Shown piece by piece: positions 24,723-37,130 of a stretch of DNA of 47,964 nucleotides. The DNA comes from Balamuthia mandrillaris. Its lineage: Eukaryota. A program made the position numbers and the translations under genes. The notes beneath the pieces are model-generated. The model saw only the letters and a program-made list of their open reading frames with translations. It ran no database searches and had not been told where the DNA came from. The DNA lies in NCBI GenBank assembly GCA_031835245.2, contig JAVKOQ020000033.1:248001-295964 (forward strand). The letters are read 5' to 3'. The stretch's first letter is position 1, and the number at the start of each line of letters is the position of its first letter.

Positions 24723-26986
24723 TACAATCCCGATGAGCTCAAACTCCAGAAAGTCAGTAGAGTTACTGTTAAACCAGTAAACTCTTGTATCTTCGTTGTA
24801 CGTGAACATGCCTATGAAATGTGTGAGAAGGGTTTAAAAAGGAGCAAAGATCTTATTTACAAACCATATTTGGGGTCAAATATCTCACGCAATATCAACT
24901 GGAAAAATTCCTTTTGTACACCACCTTCGTCAATAGCTTCTTCACCAACAAAGTGGACTCTTAATTCTTTCTTAAGATCTGCAGGATCATGCCGACTAAT
25001 CTGCACTCGGACCATTAACAACGCAGAAGACTAAAGAGGATAAAAGGATAGGAACGAACCTCTGAAAGAGAGTCTTGTATCAGGTTCTCTCTTCTTATTT
25101 TAAATACAAGAGCAGGAGCAGAGAGAACGTTCATAAAAACGGTTTGGCGGAATGCTTCCTGTAGTAGCATCAATGTTTAAATTAAGTTGCATGGCTTTAC
25201 TCCCTTCTCCCTCTCTCTCTCTCTTTCTCTCTCTCTCATCCCTCATTTCGTTCCAAAGGGAGGTACCCGTCTAAGCAGTTGCTGTTCCACTAGTGATTCT
25301 AGTTGCAGAATCTTACTTTTTGTGTCCGGGTTCAAAACAAAAGGATAGTCGCAGAAAGAAAACCTTTAAAGGAGGGTTTGGTTAGCTGTCTAACTGACAT
25401 CAAAGGATTATTTAAAACTTACCCTGTCTGATTTCTCCAGTTCGAAAAGTCGTCCTTCAAGTCCTTTATTTCCATGCGTTCATTTACCAAATCGTTGTAG
25501 AACTCATTATATGGAATTGTCTTTCCTTCTTCAGAAGCAGCGTCTAGAAAAGAAAAGCATTAATTTGTTGAAGGGAGAGGGAGAAAGGGAGGGAAATTAC
25601 ATAGTAAGGACAGAACACGGGTGGCGGCAGGGATATACAAATCTTCTTGGAGAGAAGGAATGAAAGGAGGTTGTAAAATACGAAAGGTAATGTACTGTTG
25701 GACCATAACTAATACTGTACGTAAATGGTCCACTGTAAAACTGTGCATGATAAATACGCTTAATAAATAAGGAAGAAGAAAACGGGTGTAAGGAGGGATA
25801 AAACGTTACTTCTTCCACCAATTTACTAAGATATCACGAGAATGAGCGGGCATTGCTCCAACACACAGAAAAAGTGGACCAAGGATAGATTTGTGATAAT
25901 CGGGATTCATCAACAACGGATTCTGCAAAAAGGCTCACTACTGATCAACATATGGAAGAAAGGGAGAGGACGGGCGGGAAGGTACCTCCAACACTATAAA
26001 CAGGGGCCGCAGCGATTCCGCGGTAACAAGCCGAGGTGCGGATATTTTCATATTTCCCAAAAGCCGCTCTTGTGCGCCCATTAAAATATTCAACACACTG
26101 GAGTTTGGCTAGCAGAAATATAGACGGTCAGCACAAGTAAATAGAGAGGAGAGTTGAGGAGGGCAGAACCAGTGCTTGAATAAGTTGATAAAACTCAGCA
26201 ATTGCTTCAAAGTTGAGGTTGGATGTTTCTTCGGTTGGGGGGCTTCCGTTCAACTTCAAGGATGCACACTATGAGTGAATGTACAGAAACAAATAGAAGC
26301 CAATGGAAGTAAGGTGCCTTACCAAAAAGCTAAAACCTAAGGACTCGGGAGTGGAAAACCTGGAGCCCAACAAGCGTATAAGTGGCGTATAGTTGCTGCT
26401 GATCTTAGCTTCTTCAACGAGAGCCCTGATTTCCTCCAAGTCAAGTGTAGGAATATCGGAGGCCATCGCAGTTGGCGCAGGTGTGGCGCTGGCTTTTGGC
26501 GTGAACGTAGAAGTGGAAGTGGGTGTCGACGAAGGAGCTGGCGTAGGAGTGGTTGTTCTGCAAAGGTGCTGTTGGGTGCGGGCCAAGGACAGCGCCAGAG
26601 CAGCAGCGTCATTTGGTGATTTCTTGTTGCCAGCTGGGGAGTGCAAAACACAAAGAAAAAAAAAGAGACAAAGTAAGATCTTGCCTAACAAGAAGGACTT
26701 CGAGGAAGCAGCAGTAACACTCACCTGAGGCACAGTAAGGATTCATGCAACGAGGGTCGCCACAACCTAGTGTCAACTGATGAAAGTATCTAAGTTTGTT
26801 AAGGGGTCAGTTCGTGTTAAAGGGTGTGAAATGAAATTGAATGTCCTCCTCCTCTCTTGTGTGAGAAGCGAAGAAGGCCAGTATTTACCTGGTAACATTG
26901 GCACGGAAGATTTCTTGAGGAGAACTGCCTGTGGAGCTTGGGGTCTCGAGGTCCATGCCCTCTGACCGTGGGTTTGACTGCTGCAT
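23424..26986 (-). CDS. UBE3A: UBE3A/E6AP-like HECT E3 ubiquitin ligase with N-terminal AZUL zinc finger, multi-exon
   Basis: [21 protein letters not shown]|..[12 protein letters not shown] (AZUL); [42 protein letters not shown]; catalytic [10 protein letters not shown]; ends NAEG|FGML*. Start ATG either 26986 or 26956. Confidence 0.92.
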
Positions 26987-27332
26987 AGCGCCTGACCACA
27001 AACGTTGCAACTGACCAAGCAACCAAGCAACCAAGCAACCAACCAGCCACCCAGGGTAGCTGCCACCTTGCTGCTGCTCCTCTTTTCGCTTTCCTCTCTG
27101 GCCTCTGGTGGTGGCCGCGTTGCTTGCTTGGGTTGGGTTGGGGTAAAGGGGGGCGGCGGCGCGCGGATAGAGCAAAACACAATTACCCCTCATGTAATCG
27201 ATCGTAAGATTTCCTTTTTGTCTGAATGCCCATTGGTTGGTCGGAATAGAAAAAACAAGAAAGAAAGAAAACAGAACACCAACCACACCAACAAGGAGAG
27301 CGGCAAACAGCTCACACACAACAACCCTTATT

Positions 27333-28888
27333 ATGAGCGGAGTAGCAAGCGGTGGTGTTGGTGCGGCGAGCGTCAGCGGTGGCGGCACAAGTGGTGGCAG
27401 TTTAGTGAGTCGCGCAAAAGAGCTGAGCGCCAACGAAAGAGACTTCATTCTTACCTCGCTACTTGAAAGCAGGCGGGTAGATGGGAGAGGCCTTTTTGAC
27501 TTTAGGGCATTGCGGCTTACGTTCGGGCACGAGCCTGGACATTGTCAGCTTCAGTTAGGGCAAACACGGTAGATATCTCCCTCTCTCCTCTCTCTCTTGC
27601 TCCCTCTCACACCTGGCCTTCGCGACATCACCTGCACTAGTATTTATGTAGTAGTATCTTGTCAAGTGGTTGAGCCCTACGCAGACCGCCCAACGGAAGG
27701 CTTCTTTCACTTCAACACTGAATTCTCGCCGATGGCAGATCCTCTTTTTGAGGGGGGAAGGTCTCCTTTTTTGTTTTGTCGCTCCACGTTTTGCCTCACC
27801 AACGGTAAGACTTGGCTAATAATAACAAACCCAACAGACCATCGGAAGGAGCCATAGAACTGGGCCGCATTGTGGAAAGGGGTTTGCGGGAGAGTAGAGC
27901 AATAGATACAGAGGCGCTTTGTATTAAGGCCGGAGAGAGTGTTTGGGCCATTCGTTGTGATATTCATGTGTTGGACAACGGTGGAAACCTTATTGACAGT
28001 GCCAGCATCGCCACCATGGCTGCCCTCCTCCACTTTCGCCGCCCTGACGTTACCATTGATGGAGACAACGTGATTGTGGTGCGTGCTACCATTACCACAA
28101 CCACTTTGATCCCTTTCTCTGTTTCTTTGCTTATACTGTTTTGTTTGTTTTGCTACTGTTCCCAGCATCCATTTAGCGAGCGGGAGCCCGTGCCACTGAG
28201 CATTCACCATGTCCCGATATGCGTGACGTTTGGTTTTTTTCAGCAAGGGCAATACCTGGTGGTTGATCCTTCCTGGAAAGAAGAACAAGTGATGGAGGGC
28301 AGAATGACCGTCATACTTAACACTCACAAGGAGATATGTGGCGTACAAAAGGGAGGTGGGACTCCCTTGGATCTTGATACGATCCTCCGATGCAACAACA
28401 TTGCCGCTGTAAAGGTTGCCGAGCTTTCCAGTGCCATCGAGCGAGCAATGGCAACTGCAGCCATTGGTAAGCTCGCTACCTCTACAGAACCAACAGCCCC
28501 TCTACAGTACATCGCTGCCCATGAATACACTCCTATCCCTCTCCCTCAGGAGCAGCAGCAGGAATCGCTGCCCCGTGTAGCTGAAGAGCTGATGCTTTGC
28601 GAAGAACACCAAACAAATCAACGGAGGAAGGACCTGCAAGAGGAACAGGAGGAAGAGGAAGAGGAAGAGGAAGAGGAAGAGGAAGAGGAAGAGGAAGAGG
28701 AAGAGGAAGATGAGGAAGAAAGAACCTCCAAGCTACAGACGTCTCACTTTTCAATTGGAGAGGGAGGACAGTCGCAATGGGAATCACCTCGCCACGAACA
28801 TTCCCTAGATGATGCTGTAAGTTCAGACAGTGAGGAAGAAAGTGTAGAGGTGCTTGTCTTGGGAGAGAAAAGAGCTGATGGTCGGTAG
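27333..28888 (+). CDS. EXOSC9: Exosome complex component RRP45 (RNase PH fold) with acidic C-terminal tail, multi-exon
   Basis: LSANERDFIL..RRVDGRGLFDFR, PYADRPTEG, TEFSPMADP, ESRAIDTEALCIKAGESVWAIRCDIHVLDNGGNLID, ALLHFRRPDV, EREPVPLSIHHVPICVTF. Confidence 0.97.
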
Positions 28889-29093
28889 GCATTTAACTCC
28901 TCTCGCTTTCATAACCTGTTTAAAAAACATATCCCCTTGGATGCAACAACATCTGCTCTCTGCTCTCCCTCTCGCCCACAGAAGTGGGGAACGAAGTAAT
29001 GCATAACTGTGCAATGTAACATGACATAAGGCGTACAATAAGGGAAAATAGTTTGGTGGGAGGTGAGGCCTTGCTCGTGCTTCACGATTTTGA

Positions 29094-29801
29094 TTAGTCG
29101 GAGCCTTCGTCCTCTTCCTCCTCATCTTCGGGGATGTCATAAGCAACTACAATAAGGCTAGCTGTGAGCAAGAGGAGCGATCGCAATGAAAAAAAAAACC
29201 AAAGAAAGAGCGTACTGGTGGACACTGGCTGAACAAGATTGGCAATGCTAGAATTTTTGGCAAGACTGACTGGCCTCTTCTCCTCCTTATTTAAGATATT
29301 GACATCAGCGCCAGCAGCCAAGAGAGCTTTGACAACTTCCTCGCTTCCTTTCCAAACAGCCTTTGGCGTTCAAGGAGAGCAGTCAGGTTAGGGTGATTGT
29401 TGCAAAGGGGCCGTTGACATGGCACACCGCAGGGAGAAGGGCCAACTGCGCCACTTGCTGCTCTTACCTTATGCAACGGAGTGTCCCCCAGTTTATTGGT
29501 GGCGTTGACCTGAATCTTGGGGTGAGCCAGAAGAGTCTTGACGGCTGTTTCAAAATGTTGCCAATTTTAGGGACAAAGTTCCATCAAGAGGAGGGGAAGG
29601 GAGGACAGAGAGCAAGAGAGAACCATCGAGGTGACCACCGGCGGAAGCGTAGTGTAAGGCTGTGTTACCCAGAGCGGCATCTTGTTGGTTGACATCGACA
29701 GCTGTCTTGCTTAGCTCTGCCAAGTCATCGGCGTAACCGGCTTTTGCGGCTTGGAAAAGAGCGTCGGTGAGAGAGGTGGAAGGAGCTTCAGCCTGCTGCA
29801 T
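29094..29801 (-). CDS. Small ankyrin-repeat protein resembling the ankyrin/acidic-tail half of OSTF1 (no SH3); 4 exons
   Basis: LFQAAKAG, GNTALHYASAGGHL, QVNATNKLGDTPLHK|AVWKG, GADVNILNKEEKRP, acidic end EDEEEEDEGSD*. Confidence 0.85.
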
Positions 29802-30159
29802 TTACTGGAGGAAGGGGGGCTTGGTGGTTTGCGGTATGCGGGGGGGTGGTGGTGTTTGCGCGGGGTGGTGGAACAAAAAACCCGAAGCCCTGCTCACGAA
29901 CCACAATGTTTTATTTCATATTAACCCATGAATTGAATAGGGGAAAATTTTGTCCAAAAGGCTTACTCCCAATATAAGTTTGCTGTGGGCAATTGCAGCT
30001 GTTAAGAGAATCCTGGGCAAAGACCGAGGGGTCATGCGGTGCTCTCCGCCGTTTCGTCCAACTCCATCGAGGAGGACTTCCAGGCAAAAACTTGTCTCTG
30101 GGCCTTAGCCAAGCCCTCAGCTAAACGGCCACAGGTCGTTATCACTGCATTATAATGTG

Positions 30160-33100
30160 ATGGAGGAAGAACAGGCCGCCCTAATTCTTCATGAAGAAAC
30201 CAAAGAGAAAAGCAACAACAAAGGTTCTGCCAAACGAGCTTCACACAGAGATTCGCGGCGGTCCCTCCAGGTTACTCCCACTCACGTTTCCCCAACAATC
30301 ACTCGCAGCATTTCGTCCAGAAAAGGGGGTACCTCCAGAGCCTCTCCAGGGAGGCTAAACAGAGTTCGATCAGTAACCTCTTTAAAACCCGAACACCACA
30401 GCGCAACTCGGCGTAACGCCTCAGAAGGCAAACCAAAACATACAAACCAACAGCAAACTTCCTCCAGCGAAGAAACAACGATAAATCTCTCCTTGGATAA
30501 AACTAAACGGAGTGGTAAAGGTTTCAACACTCGACCAAAAACTCGTTCTCGCCGACCGCATCATCACCCAGAGAAAGATCGAAGGATATCTCCTCCACAT
30601 ACTGGCTCCTCTGAAGCTCCACCACATTCGAAGAGAAATCACGAAAGGAGTAAGAGACACCATCATAGTAGGAGAAAAGGGGAGGAAGGAGACCACCGTT
30701 CGTATGAACAATGTGAGGAGGTAGAACAATCACCACTTCCTGAATACGTGAGGGTATTGCCACACGTTTTCCCAACTGCAAGTTCCGCAGGTGAAGAGCG
30801 AAGAGTGCTCTTACCGACACCACTCCCACCGCCTACAGCAATGGACACTGATGTGGAGCCTGCTGCCGTTGGTGAAGGCGACGCTAATGCCAATACCAAT
30901 GTGGGTATTCTAACGAGAGGTAAACGAAACTGGACTTGCAAGGAAGGGGCAGAACAAGACTCATCATGTCAAACATCAAAGCGGCTGGCACAACCCCAAA
31001 GTTGCCAAGAGGAAGGACCGCAAGGCAGCCACAGTACTTCTGACAGTGATCTTCCCTTTTCCCAGGAATCCAGCCCCGAAGATCATCAAGGCCAATCGTT
31101 AAGCAAACAAAAAGGTACAATTGAAGACGAACAAAATGGTGTTTCTGATGACAAACATAGAACAAGAGACGGGGCTGATAAGACAGGTAGCGACAACGCA
31201 CTTGGTGGAGAGTTTCGGGGTGATGGGAATGAAGCTCAAACCGCAGATCAGGAAGAATACTTTTGGGAACAGGTTGAATCGTTAAGACAAGGTTATTCAT
31301 CAGAGGAATATGATCACACGGATCACCTAAATAGAGAGATGTTAGAAGAAGAGAGGTTGTGGGACTCCCTGGAAAAGCAAAGATTGAAGGAAGATGAGCT
31401 GGCGCGGCGTGAAAAGCAGACCTTTGGCTGCCATCCCGAGTCGTTATTCAATACGTTGCACAGCACTGCGGGGAACGAGGGTGATTCCTTCGTTGCTCAA
31501 ACCCGGCTTGTTCGACCCATTGCTTCAGGGAAGGAGGCAGCTGTACCGGAGGGTACTGGTAACCTTGCTACCATTAGAGATGATCCGGTAGACGAAACAT
31601 TGGACAAAAAACATTCTGCTAGGTTAATGGCTCTGCATCCTCAAAAAGATAGGGAAGTTAATGTACTTGCTCTGTTCGAAGCAAACGGATTACCAGGTAA
31701 CTTTCGCTTTCGTGTCATTTGTGGTCACGAACCTTGTGAATGACTGACCTTGTCCATCCTTTCTGGTAGCATTTAGGCAGTATTACTGTGTAGTGCGGTG
31801 GGGGGATGCCAAGGTCAAAACAGACCTAAGTTCCCAATCCTCCCCCGCTTGGAACCATATCTTTATAATGTATGTCAACTAGGATATGAGGATTCTTCTA
31901 GTTTCAGACTAAATGGTTCCCAATTGCACCTCTCTGTGCCATAATAGCCCTGCCGCTCTCTTGGATGAAGGCACCAGGAATCTTCACGGGTTGAACCCGG
32001 TTATAATTGAAGTGTTCTGCAAAAAAAGGCTGCTGGACGAGTCGATGGGTTTAGTGAAACTCAAATCAGCCAGCAATACTGCTCAATGGTTCCCCTTGGT
32101 TTCAAGGAAAAAGGAATTGACGGGAGGGCAGCTTAAACTGCAATACAAGGTGTGTCTGCTGTTGTGCCTTCTTTATTATAGTTTTAACGAGTAAAGCAGG
32201 CTACGTCAGCTGTACAGCGATTGAGGCAACAACTGCTCGCAGATCAACAAAACTTGAAGCAGAAGGACTTGGGAGATTTGCTAGGTGCTTATTCAATGCC
32301 TAGTTGCCCGATTCTTTTTCTTGAACGCCACAAGGAGAGTTTTGCCTCTTCGCCATCCGATTTCGTGGTTGTTCAAGCACAACGGGAGGGATCTTGTCCC
32401 CAACAAATTGCCAGCCAATCCCACATAGACTTCTCTCTGCTTGAAGCTACCCTTTCAAACAGTACAAACGATCCCGGCGTAGCCTGGGCTAACTACAATG
32501 AACAAACATTTCTACATTTAATGTGCCTACAAGGAAACCCTGCCATAGTTGCTCGCCTTATTGATAACGGAGCCGACATTAATGCTTTGGATGGGAAAGG
32601 CTCAACTCCATTGCATTTAGCTGCAGCAAACGGGCATTTAGGTACGCAAGCACCTCCTCACGTAAGCGCATTTGTTCCTCCTTTTTTTTTCCCCCAATCC
32701 CTCGTGCGTTTGTTATCACAATTGGATGTAGTACAATAGCAGTGCTAACAAATGATCTGATAAGAGTGTGTTAAGGTATTGCTGGACCGACACGCCGATC
32801 CCAACGTGGAAGAGCCATACACCAGGTGCTCCCCGCTGCATCATGCTGCCCAATACAACCAAACACAGGTTTTGCAGCTGCTGATTGAGAGTGGTGCAAC
32901 AGTGGATCATAAAGACAGAAATGGCGCTCTGCCCATTCATAAAGCAAGTGCACAGGGGCACCTTGAGGCCGTACAAATCCTCTTGGGAGCAGGAGCCTTT
33001 CTTCATGCTGAGGATCGTGAGGGAAATAATGCCTTCTTGTTGGCCTTGCTGAGCGGTCATTCCCAGGTGTCCGCCTATTTGCTTGAACAAGGGGCAGATG

Positions 33101-33831
33101 GGCGGTGCCACAACACGGCGGGAGACACGCCGCTCTGGGGCGCCGCGCTCCACCTGGACAAATGCATGGTCGAGAAAATTTTATGTGCCAGCAAGAAGTA
33201 TGGCATTGACCTCAACTCCCAAACAGGCAAGCACAAACAAACACTCCTGCATCGCTGTGTGCTAATGCTAGAAGATCAGAAAGCCAAAGCGGTTATCAAG
33301 CTTTTGATTAGCATGGGCGCAAATGTCAACGTTTTAAACGGCGAAGGCAAAACGCCACTCTTTATTGCAGCCTACCTGGACCGGTTTCCCCTTGCACGCA
33401 TGTTGCTGAAGAGGTACAATGCAGCCGTGGGTGTTAGGGACGCAGCACAGAACACCGCCTTATTTTTTTGTAGTGCCCCTCGCATGGCCAAGCTCCTCTT
33501 GAAGCATGGGGCAGAGGTCAACGCTGTAAACCTTAGCGGCAATACTCCACTACATGCTGCCTATTGCTTCCACGGGGCTAGTGTTGCGTGGGTCCTTAGT
33601 CAAGCTGGTGCTTCCACCGCTGTCCTGAACTGCAACAACAACTCCCCAGAAGACCTCCTCTGGTCCTATGGCATCTCTACGATTACCATCTCCTGTACGC
33701 CTTTAATGGCAAGTGGGGGCAATGCTGCAGCCACCAACAGCCCCGCGACACTCGATCAAAGGACCCTCTTTGGGGGCCTTCACACCCCCAAAGTTACCTC
33801 TTTCTTCCCACGTTCAGGAGGCGTTGTGTGA
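30160..33831 (+). CDS. Protein with long disordered N-terminus, C2 domain and multiple ankyrin repeats, multi-exon
   Basis: C2-like: VLALFEANGLP|..YCVVRWGDAKVKT...SPAWNHIF..IIEVFCKK..DESMGLVKL..QWFPL...GGQLKLQY. Ankyrins: GSTPLHLAAANGH, SPLHHAAQYN, GKTPLFIAA, GNTPLHAA. Confidence 0.85.
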
Positions 33832-34020
33832 ACCCTAGCCATTATGGTTGGCCTATTGAATAATATTATAATAAATAAGGCGAATAAATCAATCAATTAA
33901 AAAATAAAGAAAAGAAAAAAAAAAGAGAAGAGGAGGAGGAGGAGGAGAAGGGCAAAAACAAGGAAGAGCGTGCTACGATCTCTGCTGCTTGGCGGAACCT
34001 TTCCCAACTAGCTGGCCCCC

Positions 34021-35575
34021 ATGAGCGTCTGCGCCATTGCTGTGTTGCAGTGGAACGCCTCTGTGTTGTTTTTACAGAAGTAAGTCATCCTTTTGACTGC
34101 CGAGTCGGGAGGCCTCCTCCTCCCCCTCCGCTCCTCTGCTAACCCCTCTTTAGCCGACAACACATTACACAAAAAGAAGTTGCTCGTTTGGGCAGACTTT
34201 TCAAATCTTGGTCGAATCCAGAAAAGGGGAATATTGCGGAGGACACCCTCAAAAGTGTAGAAGAAACTGCGACAACTCTAGCCACAAATGCCGCCCCTCC
34301 CTCAAACATTTCTGAAGGAAGTTCTTCCTTAGGAGCTGCTGGCGCTGTAATGGCAAGCGAAGCCTCTGCCGCTGCTGCCGCCGCCGCCATAGCTGCCCCT
34401 GTCGCTTCCACAAGCTCTCTTGTTTTGTGAGGCCTCTCGTTCCTTTATGGCTAACCGCCATCTCTGCTCTCAACACCTCTTTCTTTCTTGTTGTTTCTTT
34501 CTTGTCGTGTCTTTCTTTCTTTCTCTATCCATCTATACCTGTCTTACACGTCCACATTTACGTAAAAGGGAGAATGCGAATGCAGTGGGCGCAGGCGTGC
34601 CACCTTCTGGGGGCATAATGCTTGGCGAGGGAGCCGAACGTTACCAGGTTCATTATTGTGCCATTGGGGAGGTTTTTATTTTGGTGATATCCATGGTGCA
34701 CGCCAACCCGTTTGCAGGCAGTGCTTGCTTGCTCAGGGTGAAAAGGTGATTTCCTTTTACAACATTCAAGGCTTGCTTCTTACCGTTCCCACTTTGTTCT
34801 AGTGCTCTGGCTTCTGTCTGCCGTGGGACGGAGGTTACCGCCTTACAATTATCAAAGCGTTATGGTGAAATTCTATTCGCCTTGGAAAGGATTTTAGAGG
34901 GAGGAGATGGATTGGACCTATTGCAACAAAAGCTTTCCGACATCCAACCACACGCCATGCTCACTCAGGTCTCTTTTTCTCTGTTTATCGTGTTGCTTTG
35001 GTACTGAAATTATCTTTTTTAAAAAATAGAGAGCTTATGATTCGTTGATTCCTGGCCATAAGGAAGCTTGGAGCTCAATGGAAAAGCGTTGTGATAGCCA
35101 TACGAAAGAGTATCTCATTTCTCCTCTGCTCTCTCATCTCTATTAACCACTTTTGTGTTTGTGTTTGAGAAGAATTGAAGCGGAAATGCAGCTAGAGTTC
35201 GCCATGGCCCTGCCAGCCTCCAGTGCCAGCCCCACCAAAACAGTACCGCTGTCCCTGGAGAATAATAACTCAGGTGTGGAGGGAGTGGTACCCAAAGAGT
35301 ATTTCGAGGCGTCATGGGCGTAAGTAACTCCACCAGTTTTTTTCTTCTGCAGAACTTGTTATGAATGCAGCCACCCCACACTAATCTCCTATTATTGTGG
35401 CAGCACTACACCCAAAGCCAAGATGGATACTACCCCCACTTTGCAGGCCAAGGCGCAAAAACAAAAGAAAACCCCAAGAACCAAGAGCAAGACCAACAAG
35501 GACAAACCCAAAGATAAAAAAAAGAAGACCACAAAGAAAAAGTCGAGCCAGCAGCCAAAGAGCAAAGCCGGTTGA
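34021..35575 (+). CDS. TCUP: TCUP/TML-like medium subunit of the TSET (TPLATE) complex: longin domain, no mu-homology domain; about 7 exons
   Basis: Spliced MSVCAIAVLQWNASVLFLQ|NRQH...ERYQVHYCAIGEVFILVIS...NPF...ASVCRGTEVTALQLSKRYGEILFALERILEG resembles the plant TML longin domain as I recall it (Y.V.Y..VN.IYVL...ACRGVEVT..KL..KY.E.Y.AL..VL.G). Ends in a Lys-rich tail, TGA at 35573-35575. Confidence 0.72.
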
Positions 35576-35844
35576 ACGCTGTACATTACTAAATACTTTA
35601 CTTCTGATGGATTAAAAATCACACAAGTGAGTAAACTCACAAATGAATGTTGGGGCGTTCACCAACTGTAATCGTTGAGGAAGGGCGGCAAGGAAATTGT
35701 TTGCAGCCAACAGGGAAAACTGACCAAAACTAACACAGCCGCCGCCGCCACTGCAACCGCAGGTATTTTCAGCAGCACATTACGTAGACGCAAAGTTGCA
35801 AGATGAGTCAAGCACGCATATTACACCACAGTTTTGAACGAGGA

Positions 35845-36888
35845 TCACTCTTTTAGTGGACCAAGGCCAAGAGAGGCCCGTAAGGCATTCATCTGCGCAA
35901 TCTCATCCGCCTCGACGTGGCTGTCAGTTGCTCTAGTGGTCGTTTCTTCATCACGCTTTGTAGTTCGTTGCCTCTTTCTCGTCCTTTCCTCTTCCCTTTC
36001 TCTGTCTGAATATTTAGAGCTCCTTCGGTATTCCTCTCTGCCTCTTCTCTGTGTAGAGTCCTCTTTCCTGTCCCTGCTTCTACTCCGGCTCCTGTGGCGT
36101 CTTCCTCGATGTCTATCAGACTCCCTGCTGTGTCTGTCGTGGCTACTCTTCATACGGGTGCGATCTCGTTGCAATGGGCTGCGGCTGCGGCTGCGGCTGC
36201 GGCTGCGGCTGCGGCTGCGGCTGCGGCTGCGGCTGCGGCTGCGACGAGTTGTAGAGTGAGGTGGGTTGCGGGGATGTGCTTCGTCTTCGCTTTTTTCTTC
36301 TTCTGAGGAGGAGGAAAGGTCCTCCAAATCCTCCTCTAGTTCGCTCTTGCGAGGTCCTAATAAGCCTTGCTTTTCCAAGTGGTAGCGCTTTGTGAGATGG
36401 GGTAAGACGATATCACAGGAATAGTCCTGTGTAAGCAGCTCGTCAATAAACTCGTCCACATGGCACACGGTGTGGCCGCCGAGGGCTGTTCTACGTCTAA
36501 TTTTTCTATAGTCACAATAGAGAGGCTCCAAATATTTGTAGATGTCAATAGGTTTGCCCACCATTCTCAGATAGAAGGCTCCCAATAATCGCACGTAGCG
36601 GTAGTCTTCGTTCTTGATGAATTCGATGATGATCTCTTTTTCTGGCTGAATCTGTAACATCTTCAGGATGAGGCAAATGAAAGGGGTGGGCCTTTTGTTT
36701 CCACCGTAGGTGCCACCAAAGTCTTTCAGGTTCATGGCCTTGTCCACCAGTGTTTCCGCTGTCAACCCCAAGCACTCTTGCTTCCAATAGAGGTTGGCGT
36801 AGATTCGGTTCCGTAGGATCTTTTCCACAAGAAACTGCGGGTTCGTTCCGTGCACGCTTTTTGCCAGAGGGTCTGTCTTGTTGGCCAT
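35845..36888 (-). CDS. PRPF38A: Pre-mRNA splicing factor 38A with RS/RE-rich tail; single exon
   Basis: MANKTDPLAKSVHGTNPQFLVEKILRNRIY..YWK..C.GLTAETLVDKA..GGTYGG..PTPFICLILKMLQIQPEKEI; RS dipeptide run; ends NALRASLGLGPLKE. Confidence 0.98.
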   Translation of the reverse strand: MANKTDPLAKSVHGTNPQFLVEKILRNRIYANLYWKQECLGLTAETLVDKAMNLKDFGGTYGGNKRPTPFICLILKMLQIQPEKEIIIEFIKNEDYRYVRLLGAFYLRMVGKPIDIYKYLEPLYCDYRKIRRRTALGGHTVCHVDEFIDELLTQDYSCDIVLPHLTKRYHLEKQGLLGPRKSELEEDLEDLSSSSEEEKSEDEAHPRNPPHSTTRRSRSRSRSRSRSRSRSRSRSRSPLQRDRTRMKSSHDRHSRESDRHRGRRHRSRSRSRDRKEDSTQRRGREEYRRSSKYSDREREEERTRKRQRTTKRDEETTTRATDSHVEADEIAQMNALRASLGLGPLKE

Positions 36889-37130
36889 GATTAACAAGCG
36901 GCAGAACGATGGGAGGGAGGGGTTGGGTTTCGGTTTCTTCTCTCTTGGAGCAACCAACCACTGGTTGTTGTTGTTGTTGTTGTTGGGGGTGGCGAGTTGT
37001 TATGGTGGTTGTGGTGGGAGCGTTCTCCGATTTTTTCTTCCAAGCAGCGGCCCCTCAAGCAGTCCCACACAAAGAAAGAAAAAACAAAGAACGCGCCACA
37101 GCCCACTCCCCTGTCGCCGCCGCCGCCCCC

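Noticed and set aside
28648..28720. (GAAGAG)n repeat, and likewise (GCGGCT)n at ~36177-36243, as independent elements or CRISPR-like arrays
   Set aside because: They encode the poly-Glu tail of RRP45 and the RS domain of PRP38A; no spacers and no cas genes.
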